Assembly (NCBI GenBank): GCA_964016885.1 | Contig: OZ024752.1 | Coordinates: forward strand, 48,298,001-48,362,000 | DNA length: 64,000 bases | Direction: 5' to 3' | Origin: Eledone cirrhosa | Taxonomy: Eukaryota | In this document: piece by piece, positions 41,650 through 55,881 of the stretch | Layout of the letters: every line of letters begins with the position of its first letter | How positions within the stretch are numbered: position 1 is the first letter of the stretch | Notes under the pieces: model-generated | Databases searched by the model: none | Told to the model about the DNA's origin: nothing | Seen by the model: the letters and a program-made list of their open reading frames with translations, nothing else | Position numbers and translations under genes: made by a program

Positions 41650-41933
41650 ATGCGGGAGAGAAGACTGAGATGGTATGGACATGTGATGCGCATGGAGGAT
41701 GACTGCTGGGTAAAGAAGTGCCAAGAAATACCAGTAGAAGGAAGACGCAGTAGAGGAAGACCACGAAAAACATGGGAGGAGGTGGTGAGAGCAGACCTCA
41801 GATCGCTGAAGCTCACGGAGGAGATGACGAAGGACCGTGAAAAGTGGAGGGATGCTGTGCTGAATAGGTCCCGTCCCACCCTTGCAAGCAGGGAAAAGTG
41901 GACGTAAAATGATCAAAATGATGATGATGATGA
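41650..41933 (+). mobile_element. Young 5'-truncated RTE LINE 3' end
   Basis: Open frame RERRLRWYGHVMRMEDDCWVKKCQEIPVEGRRSRGRPRKTWEEVV...DREKWR...KWT*, the classic RTE C-terminus, followed by (GAT)n tail. Confidence 0.9.
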
Positions 41934-41972
41934 TATATATACACACAAATATATATATATATATATAATATA

Positions 41973-42183
41973 TAACGGAAGAAATGTGGTAAGGAACCAG
42001 GTGGACCATAACGCACCAAAGTACTCAATACTTAGGGTAGTAGAGTGGGTAATAGGAATGAGTAGGACCCCGACAGCTGAGCCCAAGCCGTTTCGACGGC
42101 TAATTCTGGACAAGTCCTGGACTAGTCCAGAATTAGCCGTCGAAACGGCTTGAGCTCAGCCGTTGGGGTCCTACTCGTTCCTA
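41973..42183 (-). mobile_element. Family F2 fold-back island
   Basis: ~62-bp arms 42053-42114 / 42122-42183 around a short loop; contain gccgtc-GAAACGGCT..AGCCGTT-GGGG. Confidence 0.75.
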
Positions 42184-42705
42184 TATAATATATATATATA
42201 TCAGATAGGGTGTGGTAAAAACCAGCTAGACTATAACCCACCACCACCATCAACACCACTGTTGCCACCAACACAACCACTGCAAGCAACAACAACAACA
42301 ACAGCAGCAATATTAATATTATAATGAATGTCATGCCTATCCTTGCAATTGCATTCAATTAAAAACAAACAGAAATTGGTGAGGAAACTCCTACTTCTCT
42401 ATTAACACTCTCTCTCTCTCTATCTTTCTTTCTCTGTTTCTCTCTCTTTCTTTCTCTGTCTCTCTATCTCTCTTTCTTTCTCTGTCTCTCTATCTCTCTT
42501 TCTTTCTCTGTCTCTCTCTCTTTCTTTCTCTGTCTCTCTATCTCTCTATCTTTCTTTCTCTGTCTCTCTCTCTTTCTATCTCTGTCTCTCTATCTTTCTT
42601 TATTTCTATCTCTGTCTCTCTATCTTTCTCTGTCTCTCTCTCTTTCTACCTCTGTCTCTCTATCTTTCTATGTCCACTTCTTTTGCATGCTTTCCATCTT
42701 TCTGT

Positions 42706-42772
<67 letters not shown>

Positions 42773-43211
42773 TCTCTCTCTATCTATCTATCTGTCTATC
42801 TATCTCACCCTCTCTCTTTGCTGTCAGTACTGTGAACGTCTAGCATCAGACAGCTATAAAAAAAATTGAAAGAAAAGAAGGAGATGGAGGAGAAGAAGAA
42901 GAAGAAGAAGAAGAAGAAGAAGAAGAAGAACAACAACAACAACAACAAGAAGAAGAACAAGAACAAGAATAAGAAAAAGAATAATAAGAAGAAGAAGAAG
43001 GAGAAGAAGAAGAAGAAGAAGAAGAAGAAGAAGAAGAAGAAGAAGGAGAAGAAGAAGAAGAAGAAGAAGAAAAGAAGAAGAAGAAGAAGAGAAAGAAGAA
43101 GAAGAGGAAGAAGAAGGAAACGAGGGATGTCGCAGACTATTTGGTATACATTTCAAAAGAAGAAATTGATTGAGAAACTTCTAAAAAAAAAAAAAAGCAC
43201 AAAAATTAACT

Positions 43212-43260
<49 letters not shown>

Positions 43261-43443
43261 CTACTAATACTAATACAAATAATAATTATCTGAGCATTAG
43301 TAATACTAATAATAAAAAAGAGAGAGTGGCAGCATTAAGTCACCAGTGTCTACCAACAAAAAATGTGTTGGACCTTGCATAATGCATGAAGTGTGAGGCG
43401 ACATATTTCAGTGAGATTGGGTTGAAAATTGAAATTGAAAAGA

Positions 43444-43663
<220 letters not shown>

Positions 43664-43750
43664 ATGTGTATCTATATATATAAAAATGTAAATGTGTGTG
43701 TGTGTGTATACATATATATATATATATATGTATATGGGTGTGTTTGTGTG

Positions 43751-43802
<52 letters not shown>

Positions 43803-44044
43803 AATGTATATGTGTGTGTTTTTGTGTATATATATATTTATATATATAAATGTATATATGTGTATATATATATATATAAATGTATATATGTGTATATATA
43901 TATATATATATGCATGTCTGTATATATATACATACACATATATACATACATATATATATATATAAGAGAGTATTGAATGTATACATGTATATATATATAT
44001 ACATATATATATACATGTATACATTTATATATAGACATATGTAC

Positions 44045-44087
<43 letters not shown>

Positions 44088-44495
44088 ACATATATCATCA
44101 CCACCATCATCATATACACATATATACATGCATACACATATACGCATACATACATACTTACATACATACACAGACACACACATAAATAAATACACACACA
44201 CACACACACATAAAAACAATGGAATAAATTTCGAAAGAAATTAAAATTCAACAAAATAAAATTAAATTAAAAATAATATTATTTCCAAAACATAAAAAAA
44301 ATTACAAAAAAATACTTTAAAAAAAACACCACCACATCACCACTAAAAAAAAAAAAAATAATTAACAAATAATAATAATAATGTTATTAATAATAACAAC
44401 AAATTGTTTTAATGAAAAAGTATAATTTTTAAATTAGAGTATCATTTTAAAAATTGTGTTACAGCAGGTTACTTTAATATGTAGTTTTACTAATA

Positions 44496-44675
44496 ATTGT
44501 TTCTACTTTTGGCACAAGGCCAGCAATTATCCCAGTGTATTACTGGTACTTTATTTTATCGACCCCGTAAGGATGAAAGGCAAAGTTAACCTCGGCGGGA
44601 TTTGAATGCAAATCGTAAAGGGCCATAACTCTACGCTGCAAAGCGTGGCGTCTGACCCTCTACCTATACTGCCAA
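44496..44675 (-). mobile_element. SINE family B with 14-bp TSD
   Basis: tagttttactaata at 44482-44495 and 44676-44689. Confidence 0.9.
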
Positions 44676-45404
44676 TAGTTTTACTAATATTGCTTTATAG
44701 TTCTTTCTATATGGTTGTTGTTACTGTTGTTGTTGTTGTTGTTACTGTTGTTGTTGTTGTTGTTGTTACTGTTGTTGTTGCTGTTTGTATTATTCGTGAG
44801 TTTTATGAGTTTTGTATAATTTCATGTTAAGCTTCATGTTTGTATGTGTGTGTGTATGTGTATGAGTATGTATGTGTGAGTAAGTGTGTGTGTGTGTGAA
44901 TGTGTATGAGTGTATGTGTGTGAGTGTGTGTGTGTGAGTGCATGTCAGTGTATGTGCTGTGAGTGTGTGTGAGTGTTTGTTTGGGTGTGTGTGTGAATGA
45001 ATGTGTGTGTGAGTGAGTATGTATGTGTGTGTGAGTGAGTGTGAGTAAGTATGTATGTGTGTGTGAGTATGTATATGTATGTGTGTGTGTGGTTTTCTGC
45101 ACATGATTTTTATTTATTTAATGTTTTATTTTTTATTAAAAACATTCTTTTTTTTTCAAATATTTTCTGGTTTGATTTTTGTAAATGAAATTCAATATAC
45201 AAAGATGGATAGATAGATGCTGAAAGAGGTTTAAAATACAGCAGCAGCAGCAGCAACAACAACAACAACAAGAATGCTGCCAGATCGTGAAAGAGACGAT
45301 TATTACAAATGATCACTCTAGTAGTGTCCGTATAAAGAATTTAAAACTTCCATAAATTAGAAAAAATATATATATAACTTTCTAATTATTGACATGAAGT
45401 TAGA

Positions 45405-45409
<5 letters not shown>

Positions 45410-45451
<42 letters not shown>

Positions 45452-45630
45452 TTTCTTTATTGGCCACAAGGGCTGACATCAAGGAAAACATTACAGACGG
45501 CACAGGACGGTACGATGTGGGTTAATAATAATAATAATAATAATGATTTCTTTATTAACCACAAGGGTTTACAAAAAGTAGACATTAAGGACAGTACAGG
45601 ACAATACAGGAGGGTACAAATGGGCATTTC
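45410..45630 (-). mobile_element. Two tandem LINE 3' ends with AATAAA and (ATT)n tails
   Basis: (aat)n-gatttctttatt(gg/aa)ccacaaggg occurs twice. Confidence 0.6.
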
Positions 45631-46033
45631 TGCATGTAAAAAAACAAAAAACAGAGGATGTAACAAAAAAAGAACAATTAGCAACAATGATGATGGTTTT
45701 CAAAAATGTAGACGAAAGCCATGTTTGAAAAGATATTTCTCTTTCTTATTATCTTTGACAGTTATTATTATAAATATTAATATTTGGGAAATATTTCTTT
45801 AGATTGGTTTGATGCTGTTTTTTTTTTTGTTTTTACTTTTGGTATTTCTTTCTAATTGAATAAAAAATACCCTTTGTCTATTCTTTATCAGTTTTAATTC
45901 TTTGATGGCTAATGGTTGTAATATTTGGAGTGCAGTTGCACTGCAATTAGAAAAATGGACATCATGGCAAAATTAAATGGGTACCCCCCACCCCACTAAA
46001 ACAACAACAGCAACAGAAAAAAAAAAATAATAG

Positions 46034-46086
<53 letters not shown>

Positions 46087-46460
46087 GGGCGGTGGATTGG
46101 CAGTATCGGTAGAGGGTCGGACGCCATGCTTTGACGTATAGAGTTATGGCCCTTGCCATTCTGAGTTCAAATCCCGCCGAGGTTAACTTTGACTTTCATC
46201 CTTACGGGGTCGATAAAATAAAGTACCAGTAATATACTGGGATAATTGCTGGCCTTGTGCCAAACGTAGAAACTCCAGGGTGGTGGATTGACAGTATTGG
46301 TAGAGGGTCGGACGCCATACTTTGCAGCATAGAGTTACGGCTCTTTATGACCTGACTTCAAATCCCGCCGACGTTAACTTTGCCTTTCGTCCTTACGGGG
46401 TCGATAAAATACCAGTAATACACTGGGATAATTTGTGGCCTTGTGCTTAGAGTAGCAATC
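46087..46460 (+). mobile_element. Two head-to-tail SINE family B copies
   Basis: Copies start at 46087 and ~46278. Confidence 0.88.
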
Positions 46461-46549
46461 ATCATTATTATTATTATCAACATTGTTCTCACATGTGAGA
46501 CCACACGTAGCTGTTTACACTGTTGGTGATTTTTAAAATTTCTGTTTAA

Positions 46550-46986
46550 CCCTTCAACATTCACATTACTCTATATATACTATTATATTTTAATGGTAAA
46601 GGCTTTACCTCACATAATATCTCACATAGCATTTACATTACTCTATATATACTATTATATTTTCATGGTAAAAGCTTTACCTCACATAATTATCTCGCAT
46701 AGCATTTACATTACCCTATATATACTATTATATTTTAATGGTAAAGGCTTTACCTCACATAATATCTCACATAGCATTTACATTACTCTATATATACTAT
46801 TATATTTTAATGGTAAAAGCTTTACCTCACATAATTATCTCGCATAATATTGAATCTATGAGATTTTGAAAGTATTTATTTTGAAAACAATATCTTAACA
46901 TCAGTTTGAGCGACCAGTTACAGCCAGTTTCAACAGAAAGAGGTAGAGAATTCTGACCAGTTTTGGCCGGTTTGAACACTAAAGGG
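46550..46986. mobile_element. piggyBac-like MITE with internal 72-bp tandem repeat (x4)
   Basis: TTAA at 46546-46549 and 46987-46990; imperfect TIRs CCCTTcaacattca / tgaacactaAAGGG; internal unit cattactctatatatactattatattttaatggtaaaggctttacctcacataat.. Confidence 0.7.
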
Positions 46987-48163
46987 TTAATTTTGTTGAC
47001 AATTGTCACAAATTTTTTTTTATAATCGATTGCATCAGGTAGTGGTCTGTCTGTTGGAAAAATATCTTCCCTGCAATCACTGTGAAATGGGATAAAATGT
47101 CAATTCCAAATCAGAACTTATTACAATTTCCCAAAAATTTGTTTGTTTATATATGTGTGTTTGTGTTCATCTGTTTGTTTATGTCTACAAGATTTAACAA
47201 CTGATGATGTTTGTTTATGTCCTGTAACTTAGCAGTTTCACAGACAGAGATCAACTTGAAAATAAGTACAGAGGTTGTATATATATATGAATATATGTGT
47301 AGATATGTATACATGCTTGTGTAGATAAGCATTTTTTATATGTATGTGCATATATATATATAGGTATATAACTATTAGACATATGACTATTCAAATATAC
47401 ATTGTATATGTCTGTATGTGTATGTGAACGAGCATATGTTTACATGTATGTGTGAGTGTGCATATATATATGTATGGGTATGTATGGCTATGTTTGCATG
47501 AATGTTCATACATTTATGTCTATGTGTGCATGCTTCTTCAATTTCTCAGCAATCTGTGTTCTATAGATATTTCCATGTACTGACACCTTCAAATACTTTT
47601 TCTCACCCTACATCTATCCCCCCCTCCCTCACCCCCCTCTCTTTTATATTTCCTTACACTTTTATCCATTTTTTTCTACCTATTCCTCTCTATTCTTCAT
47701 AAATATTTTCAGACACTATACTTTATCCCCCTCTGCAGCATTCAACTACCATCCACCCCACCCCAGCTCTTTACCAGTTTATTCTTATACAAGCACACCT
47801 TAGCACTTACTTTATAGACTTTTCCATTCATACAGTCATTCATTAAGTCATCAACTCTGCCATGCTATACCCTTCCCTCACATTTATATATTCACCTGGC
47901 CCCAGTGTGATCAGCGCTCTCAATTACAGTCAATGGTTTATCCCTTAATTTCAACCCCCCACACTCACCCATGCAGGAATGACTTCCTTCAAATCACCCT
48001 ACCCTAGCCTCACATTTATTCACCTGGTCCTATTACAGTCAATTACAGTCAATGTTCTGTTATGGTGTTCATGATCAGCAACAAATGTTACAGACCTTGT
48101 ATTATACAGTTTCTTCTTGGTTGGTCACAATTGGATCAATAAATAGGTAAAAGAATAAACAAG

Positions 48164-48202
<39 letters not shown>

Positions 48203-48418
48203 AATAAATAGTAAATATATATAAGTTATAAATACGAATAAATATAAATAAAAACACATGATGGTGTAAATTTATTTTAAATAAATTTTTTAAATGTATT
48301 TAAATTATTTAAATAATTGAAAAATTAAATTAAAAAAATAAGTTACCAAGCGAAGGGGATAGCTGACATATATGCATGCATGTATATATATATATATATA
48401 TATATATTTCTACCCATG

Positions 48419-48486
<68 letters not shown>

Positions 48487-48555
48487 CATGGGTAGAAATA
48501 GATATATATACATGGATATATATACATATACATACTGCATGCATACAAATAACTG

Positions 48556-48589
<34 letters not shown>

Positions 48590-49117
48590 TATAGTTATAT
48601 GTATATATGCACATATATGTATATATTCAGGTGCATGTGCATATAAGGAATATAAAGAAAATAGGAGGAGGAGTACAGGGGGGGTGGGTGAAGATTCAAA
48701 TGAGATTTTTCTGCTTGTTTGCTAAAGTTGTTTACCATATACTTCTGGCATTGTTTGGTAGTACCAACTTTCCTGCAAACTGTATTTTTTTGCAAGACTT
48801 TTTAGAACAACCCCAACTTTGAAATTGTAATATGCCATGAGTTTTTTAAAGGAATATATATGTATATATATATATATATATACAATTATTTGTATGTATG
48901 CAGTATATATATATATATGTGTGTGTTCACAAAAATATACACATAAAATAAAATTTAGAGACCAGAAAATAGAGCAAATAAAAATTAAGATGGAAAGAGT
49001 GAAAATAAAAAAAAAAAAAAAAGAAAAAAAAAAAAAAAATTGGGTGGTGGGGTGAGGTGGGGGGGAAATTCATTGAAATATAATTTTTTATTTTTGAAAA
49101 GAAATATGTTTTTCTTT

Positions 49118-49210
49118 TATATATATGTATATTAATTTTTGTTATATATATATATATATATGTATATTAATTTTAGTTATATATATATATATATGTATAT
49201 TAATTTTTGT

Positions 49211-49241
<31 letters not shown>

Positions 49242-49415
49242 TAATTTTAGTTATATATATATATATATATGTATATTAATTTTTGTTATATATATAACTA
49301 TATATGTATATTAATTTTGTTATATATATATATATATATATGTATATTAATTTTTGTTATATATATATATATATATAAATATATATATATATATGTATAT
49401 TAATTTTTGTTATAT
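49118..49415 (+). repeat. Minisatellite tgtatattaatttttgtta + (TA)n, ~8 units
   Basis: Direct inspection. Confidence 0.85.
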
Positions 49416-49783
49416 ATATACACATCGATGCATACACATACACACACACAAACATACACTTCTGTATTTAAAAAAACAAAATACTATACAATTTGATATA
49501 ATCTAAAAGGTGAAGTAAAAATTTAGAATAAAACCTGCCGTATTTATTTGATACACATGGAATTACATAAAGAATCAAAGTGATGGAACTTTACATGGTA
49601 AAAACTACAACAACAACAATCATGATGATAATGATGATGATGATGATGATGAAAATAAAAACAACAATAAAAATCATGATGATGATGACGACGACAACAA
49701 CAACAACAACAACAACAACCATACTAATCCTAATACTGATTATGATGATGATGATGATGATGATGATATTAATAATAATAGTA

Positions 49784-49831
<48 letters not shown>

Positions 49832-49895
49832 TGACAACAACAACAACAACAACAACCATAATAATCCCAATAATGGTGTTGATGATGATGATGCT

Positions 49896-49945
<50 letters not shown>

Positions 49946-50061
49946 TGATGATGATAATAATCAAGTAATAACAACAACAACCATAATATTCCTAATAATG
50001 GTGATGATGATGATGATGATGATAGTGGTGATAATAAAAATAATATTAATTATATTAATAA

Positions 50062-50101
<40 letters not shown>

Positions 50102-50557
50102 TTCTAAAATAAAGTAAATTCATAATAATTTAAAAAAAGGAATAACAAAAATAAAAACAAAATTAAAAATAAAAATAAAAATAAAAATAAAAATAAAAAT
50201 AAAAATAAAAATAAAAATAAAAATAAAAATAAAAATAAAAATAAAAAGGGAAGAACTTTAAAAAAGAAAGACTTTGTATGAATGAGAGTATTGTCCAAGC
50301 AGGAGCCAAAGTCCTGCGTGACTGGGTGAATGAGTGAACAAAAGAATGGTTAACAGATATGCAGGCGCTTCTACCCCCCCCCCCCCACCTCTCTCTCTCT
50401 CTATATATATATGTCTGTCTATCTGCCAATCTACCTATCTATCTATCTAACTATCTAACTATCACTCTCTCTTTTCTATCTCTCTATCTATCTATCTATC
50501 TCATATATATATACATATATATATTTATTTTTCTCACTCTCTATCTATCTGTCGATT

Positions 50558-50597
<40 letters not shown>

Positions 50598-50637
50598 GAG
50601 AGAGATATATAGAGATATATAGAGATATTTTTTAATA

Positions 50638-50696
<59 letters not shown>

Positions 50697-51278
50697 TAGA
50701 TATCATCATAATCATCATCATCATTTTACGTCCGCTTTTCCCTGCTTATATATATATTTTTTCTCTCTCTCTCTATCTCTCTCTCTCTCTATCTATCTAC
50801 CTACCTATCTACCACCAGCACCACCACCAACCAACCAACCAACCAACCAACCAGCCAACCAGCCAACCAACCAACCAACCAACCAACCAACCAGCCAACC
50901 AGTGAATCAAATGAAACTATTTCATTTCATATGTGTGTGAAATAGAAATATGTCGGGGTAAATATTTTGATGATTCTCAGACAATTCTGTAAACAAAGTT
51001 ATCGTGTTAACTATGAATGAAAAGTTGGGTTGCAGCTTCTTCTTCTTGCTATCATATCAAAACTGTGAAGGAAAAAATAAATTAAATCACACCTCCACCA
51101 CCCCCTGCCATCCCCCACACACAAAGAAAAAAAAAATAAAATGTCAAAAAAACAAATAATAATAAAGAATAAAAAAAGAATACTCATTCTTCATGCTTTC
51201 AGGTAAGGGAAAGAAAAATGTAAAAATATCTCGTTTTACCATTCAAATGTTTATATATATATATACACACACACATAC

Positions 51279-51315
<37 letters not shown>

Positions 51316-51333
51316 CATACACACACACATATG

Positions 51334-51417
<84 letters not shown>

Positions 51418-51483
51418 CACACACACATGTATATATATATATATATACACATATGTAAATATATATGTACATATATATATATG

Positions 51484-51536
<53 letters not shown>

Positions 51537-51638
51537 GTATATATATATATATATATACATACACACACATATGTGTATATATATATATATATATACACAT
51601 ATGTATATATATATATGTACATATATATATATATGTAC

Positions 51639-51705
<67 letters not shown>

Positions 51706-52021
51706 TATGTATATATATATATATATATATATGTGTGTATATATAGGTATGTAGATAGACTGATAGTGAAATGCATAGATATAAACACGAATACATACAA
51801 TCACACATACACACTCATACAAAACTTGACGCTGCACAGTTTCTGTTTAACAAATTCCATACAGAGAGCAATATTGTATTGAAAGAGCCCATGGGGTAAC
51901 AGCCAGTTAATGTGGTTGGGTAGTGACTTAACAAACTTCTGAACTACAAAACTAAGCTATGTCTACAATATATATATATCCATTGAGCTACAAGACTAAG
52001 TCTGCTCCCTAAATAATTTCA

Positions 52022-52205
52022 TAATTGTTTCTACTTTAGGCACAAGGCCAGCAATTACCCAGTGCGTTACTGGTACTTTATTTTATCGACCCCCTTAAGG
52101 ATGAAAGGCAAAGTCAATCTCGGCGGGATTTGAACTCAGATCGTAAAGGGACGTAACTATGCTGGAAAGCATGGCGTCCAACCCTCCACCGATACTGCCA
52201 ATCCA
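52022..52205 (-). mobile_element. SINE family B
   Basis: Reverse complement of consensus. Confidence 0.9.
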
Positions 52206-52438
52206 TGCATCTAATGTGTACAATATATATACATCTAATGTGTACAATATATATACATCTAATGTCTACAATATATATATATATATATATATAAGTTAAA
52301 AATACTTGAGTGCATTAGAGTTAAACACTCGTCGTATTAGAGAAATGACAGTATAAGATATAGCTCAATGTTATCAAACAGAGCCGAAAAATTATATAAA
52401 ATTAACAAAGAAGCCTTTAATACATTAAAAATCTTTAT

Positions 52439-52483
52439 TTGCTGACAATGTTTCGTCCCATTAATTAGGACTCATCAGAGCAA
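52439..52483 (-). ncRNA. Canonical type I hammerhead ribozyme
   Basis: Reverse complement: TTGCT-CTGATGA-GTCC-taattaatg-GGAC-GAAAC-att-GTC-AGCAA; all core nucleotides, G10.1-C11.1, GUC triplet; AATAAA immediately downstream; island 52295-52526 bounded by (TA)n. Confidence 0.85.
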
Positions 52484-52691
52484 GGAAAAAGACAAGAAAT
52501 ATCATCGGCTAGAACAAGCTAGAACATATATATATGTAATGTATACAATGCATTTATCTAAAGTGTACAATACATATGCAAAGTGTGTAAAAACTTTACA
52601 TTTTCGAAATATATATAATGAAATAAATAGAGATGATATTAAGTATATATATCTTTCATTTATTACTATTATTATTATATATATATTTATT

Positions 52692-52781
52692 ATAAGAACA
52701 GATTAAAGTTTAAGCAAAGAATTGTTGCTTTCACCCGGGTGAAAGCAACAATTCTTTACTTAAACTTTAATCTGTTCTTAT
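52692..52781. repeat. 90-bp near-perfect palindrome (family F3)
   Basis: Centre CCCGGG 52734-52739, 45-bp arms with 1 mismatch; related sequence at 53071-53115 and hairpin 59387-59480. Confidence 0.9.
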
Positions 52782-53137
52782 TATAAATATTTGCTCTACG
52801 GGTTTATATATATTATATATATATATTAATAATAATAAATTTGAAGACTAAAATCCAAAGAGGGCTTGATAAGGATAAATATATATCAAATATATAAAAA
52901 CCGTAGAGCAAATAATGACGTATTATCTTCGTTTTTTCCCGTTCTTTGCCAGGGAACGTTTCCACGAACCAAAGTATTGTCTTTCTGTCTTCCTCCGGTT
53001 GCAACGTTTTTTGAAATATTTACTTCTGCATTCACAGATTGACTTTTTTAGTTTCAGAAGATCCCGTTAAGGGTGAAAGCAGCGATTTTTTGCTTAAACT
53101 TTAATCTGTTATTTTAATAAATATATATATATATAAT

Positions 53138-53487
53138 GGAGGCACATGGCTTAGTGGTTAGAGCATTGGCCTTGCAATCAAAAGGTTGTGAGTTCAATTC
53201 TCAGACCGGGTGATGTGTTGTTTCCTTGAGCAAGACACTTTATTTCACATTGCTCCAGTTTACTCAGCTGTAGAAATGAGATGATAGGGACTGGGGTCCA
53301 TATCATTCCACTGAAAAGTGGTCGTGGGGGTGCCACGGCAAAAAAAGCACCCAGCACTCACTGTAAATGAGGTTGGTGTTAGGAAGGGCATCCAGCTGTA
53401 GAAATCAAGCCAGAATCAGTTCCAGTCCCACCCTTGCAAGCAGGGAAAAAGCGAACGTAAAATGAAATGAATGATGATGATGAATGA
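53138..53487 (+). mobile_element. SINE family A, full length
   Basis: High identity to 2061-2397. Confidence 0.92.
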
Positions 53488-54282
53488 TATATATATATAT
53501 ATATATAATCCTTATCGAGCCTTCTTCGGATTTTAGTCTTCAATAGCATTCATTGTACACAATAGTTTGCATTAGAGTTACGTCCCTTTATGGTCTGAGT
53601 TCAAATCCCGCCGAGGTTAACTTTGCCTTTCATCCTTATGGGGTCGATAAAATAAAGTACCAGTAATACACTGGCATAATTGCTGTATGTATTTATATTT
53701 ATACTTGTGTGCATATGTGTATATATATATTTGTGTGCGCGTGTGTGCCTACATTGATGCGTGTATGTATATATATATCTGTGTGTGAATGTATGTATGA
53801 ACGTGAGTATATGTATGTGTGTGTGTGTGTGTGTGTGTGTATGAACATGAATATATGTGTGTGTAAATGAACATGAATATATGTGTATGTGTGTATGTAT
53901 GAACATGAGTATATATGTGTATGTGTGTATATGTATGAACATGAATATATATATGTGTGTGTGTGTATGCATGAACATGAGTATGTGTGTATATGTGTAT
54001 GTGTGTATGTACTGCTGCTGGCTTACAAATGTCATTAATTAGCAATATACCAAAGTTAAGCACAGCTACAGAATTAGTTAATTACAAATTATTACAATTT
54101 ATTAGAAATGGTTATTAAGAGAGAAGCATGGTTTTAGAAGTGCTTGAGAAATAAGTATTGAGGGGCTGTGAGTTATGTAGGAAGGACACAACAAGGAATA
54201 CAATACTGATGACCATTAAATCTGGGATTTTTGACATTTATCTCTTGGATGACGTAAGGTAACTTTGCAGGTCAAATTTAAT

Positions 54283-54446
54283 TGTTTCTACTTTAGGCAC
54301 AAGGCCAGCAATTACCCAGTGCATTACTGGTACTTTATTTTATCGACCCCGTAAGGATGAAAGGCAAAGTCAACCTCGGCGGGATTTGAACTCAGATCGT
54401 AGAAAGCAGGGCGTCCGACCCTCTACCAATACTGCCAATCCACCGC
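54283..54446 (-). mobile_element. SINE family B (internally deleted) with 7-bp TSD
   Basis: atttaat at 54276-54282 and 54447-54453. Confidence 0.85.
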
Positions 54447-54628
54447 ATTTAATGGCAGCAAGTGAATACATACTTTGCTGAAACGTTGTGACCATGTTGT
54501 AAGAACGTGGAAATGAAGATGAATAAATCTAATCTGTTTTGCAAATACTAAGTTCTGTTTTACTTGGACATCATCTTGGGATCAGGCCTTTTCAGATATG
54601 CACACATACACATGTATGTGTGTATGTA

Positions 54629-54704
<76 letters not shown>

Positions 54705-54716
54705 AATATATATATA

Positions 54717-54748
<32 letters not shown>

Positions 54749-54759
54749 CATATATATAC

Positions 54760-54829
<70 letters not shown>

Positions 54830-54907
54830 GCATATAAATATATATACACATACATAAATATATATATACATATATAAATCTATATATACATATATATAAA
54901 TATAAAC

Positions 54908-54933
<26 letters not shown>

Positions 54934-54938
<5 letters not shown>

Positions 54939-55881
54939 AGTATGCATGTATACGTACATACATATATGTATACAGACGTACAGTAGCATGCACATATATA
55001 TATATATATATACATATATATATACATATGCATACAGGTACACATACATATATGCACGTATCAGTTTAGCGGCGCTAACGTCGCTTTGTTCGTTTGTAAA
55101 CAAACTGAACTGCCTGAATTTATGCCAGTGTTGAACAAAAAGGTGACGTGGTTGCCTTAACACCGTATGGCATAAATTCAGGCTGTTCAGTTTGTTTACA
55201 AACGAACAAAGCGACGTTAGCGCCGCTAAACTGATACGTGCATATATGTATGTGTACCTGTATGCATATGTATATATATATGTATATATATATATATATG
55301 TGCATGCTACTGTACGTCTGTATACATATATGTATGTACGTATACATGCATACTTACATTTAAGTAAGTGCCATACTAAGAGTGAGAAATGAAATTTCGT
55401 TTTCATTTTGTTTCAATTTATCGTTTTCGGTATGCCTGACCGATTTAACTCACTCAATATGCAAATTAGGCTGCTCAGCCGTTAATTTTCATAAGGAAAG
55501 TATATACTTTCGAACGTTCAACTATCTGGCAGATGGGTAAACGGTGCTGATGATAGCTAACAAGCTTGAAACTAGTACATCGTTCCTGTGTCAGTGTTGA
55601 ACAAAAAGGTGACGTGGTTGCCTTAACACCGTATGGCATAAATTCAGGCTGTTCAGTTTGTTTACAAACGAACAAAGCGACGTTAGCGCCGCTAAACTGA
55701 TACGTGCATATATGTATGTGTACCTGTATGCATATGTATATATATATGTATATATATATATATATGTGCATGCTACTGTACGTCTGTATACATATATGTA
55801 TGTACGTATACATGCATACTTACATTTAAGTAAGTGCCATACTAAGAGTGAGAAATGAAATTTCGTTTTCATTTTGTTTCA

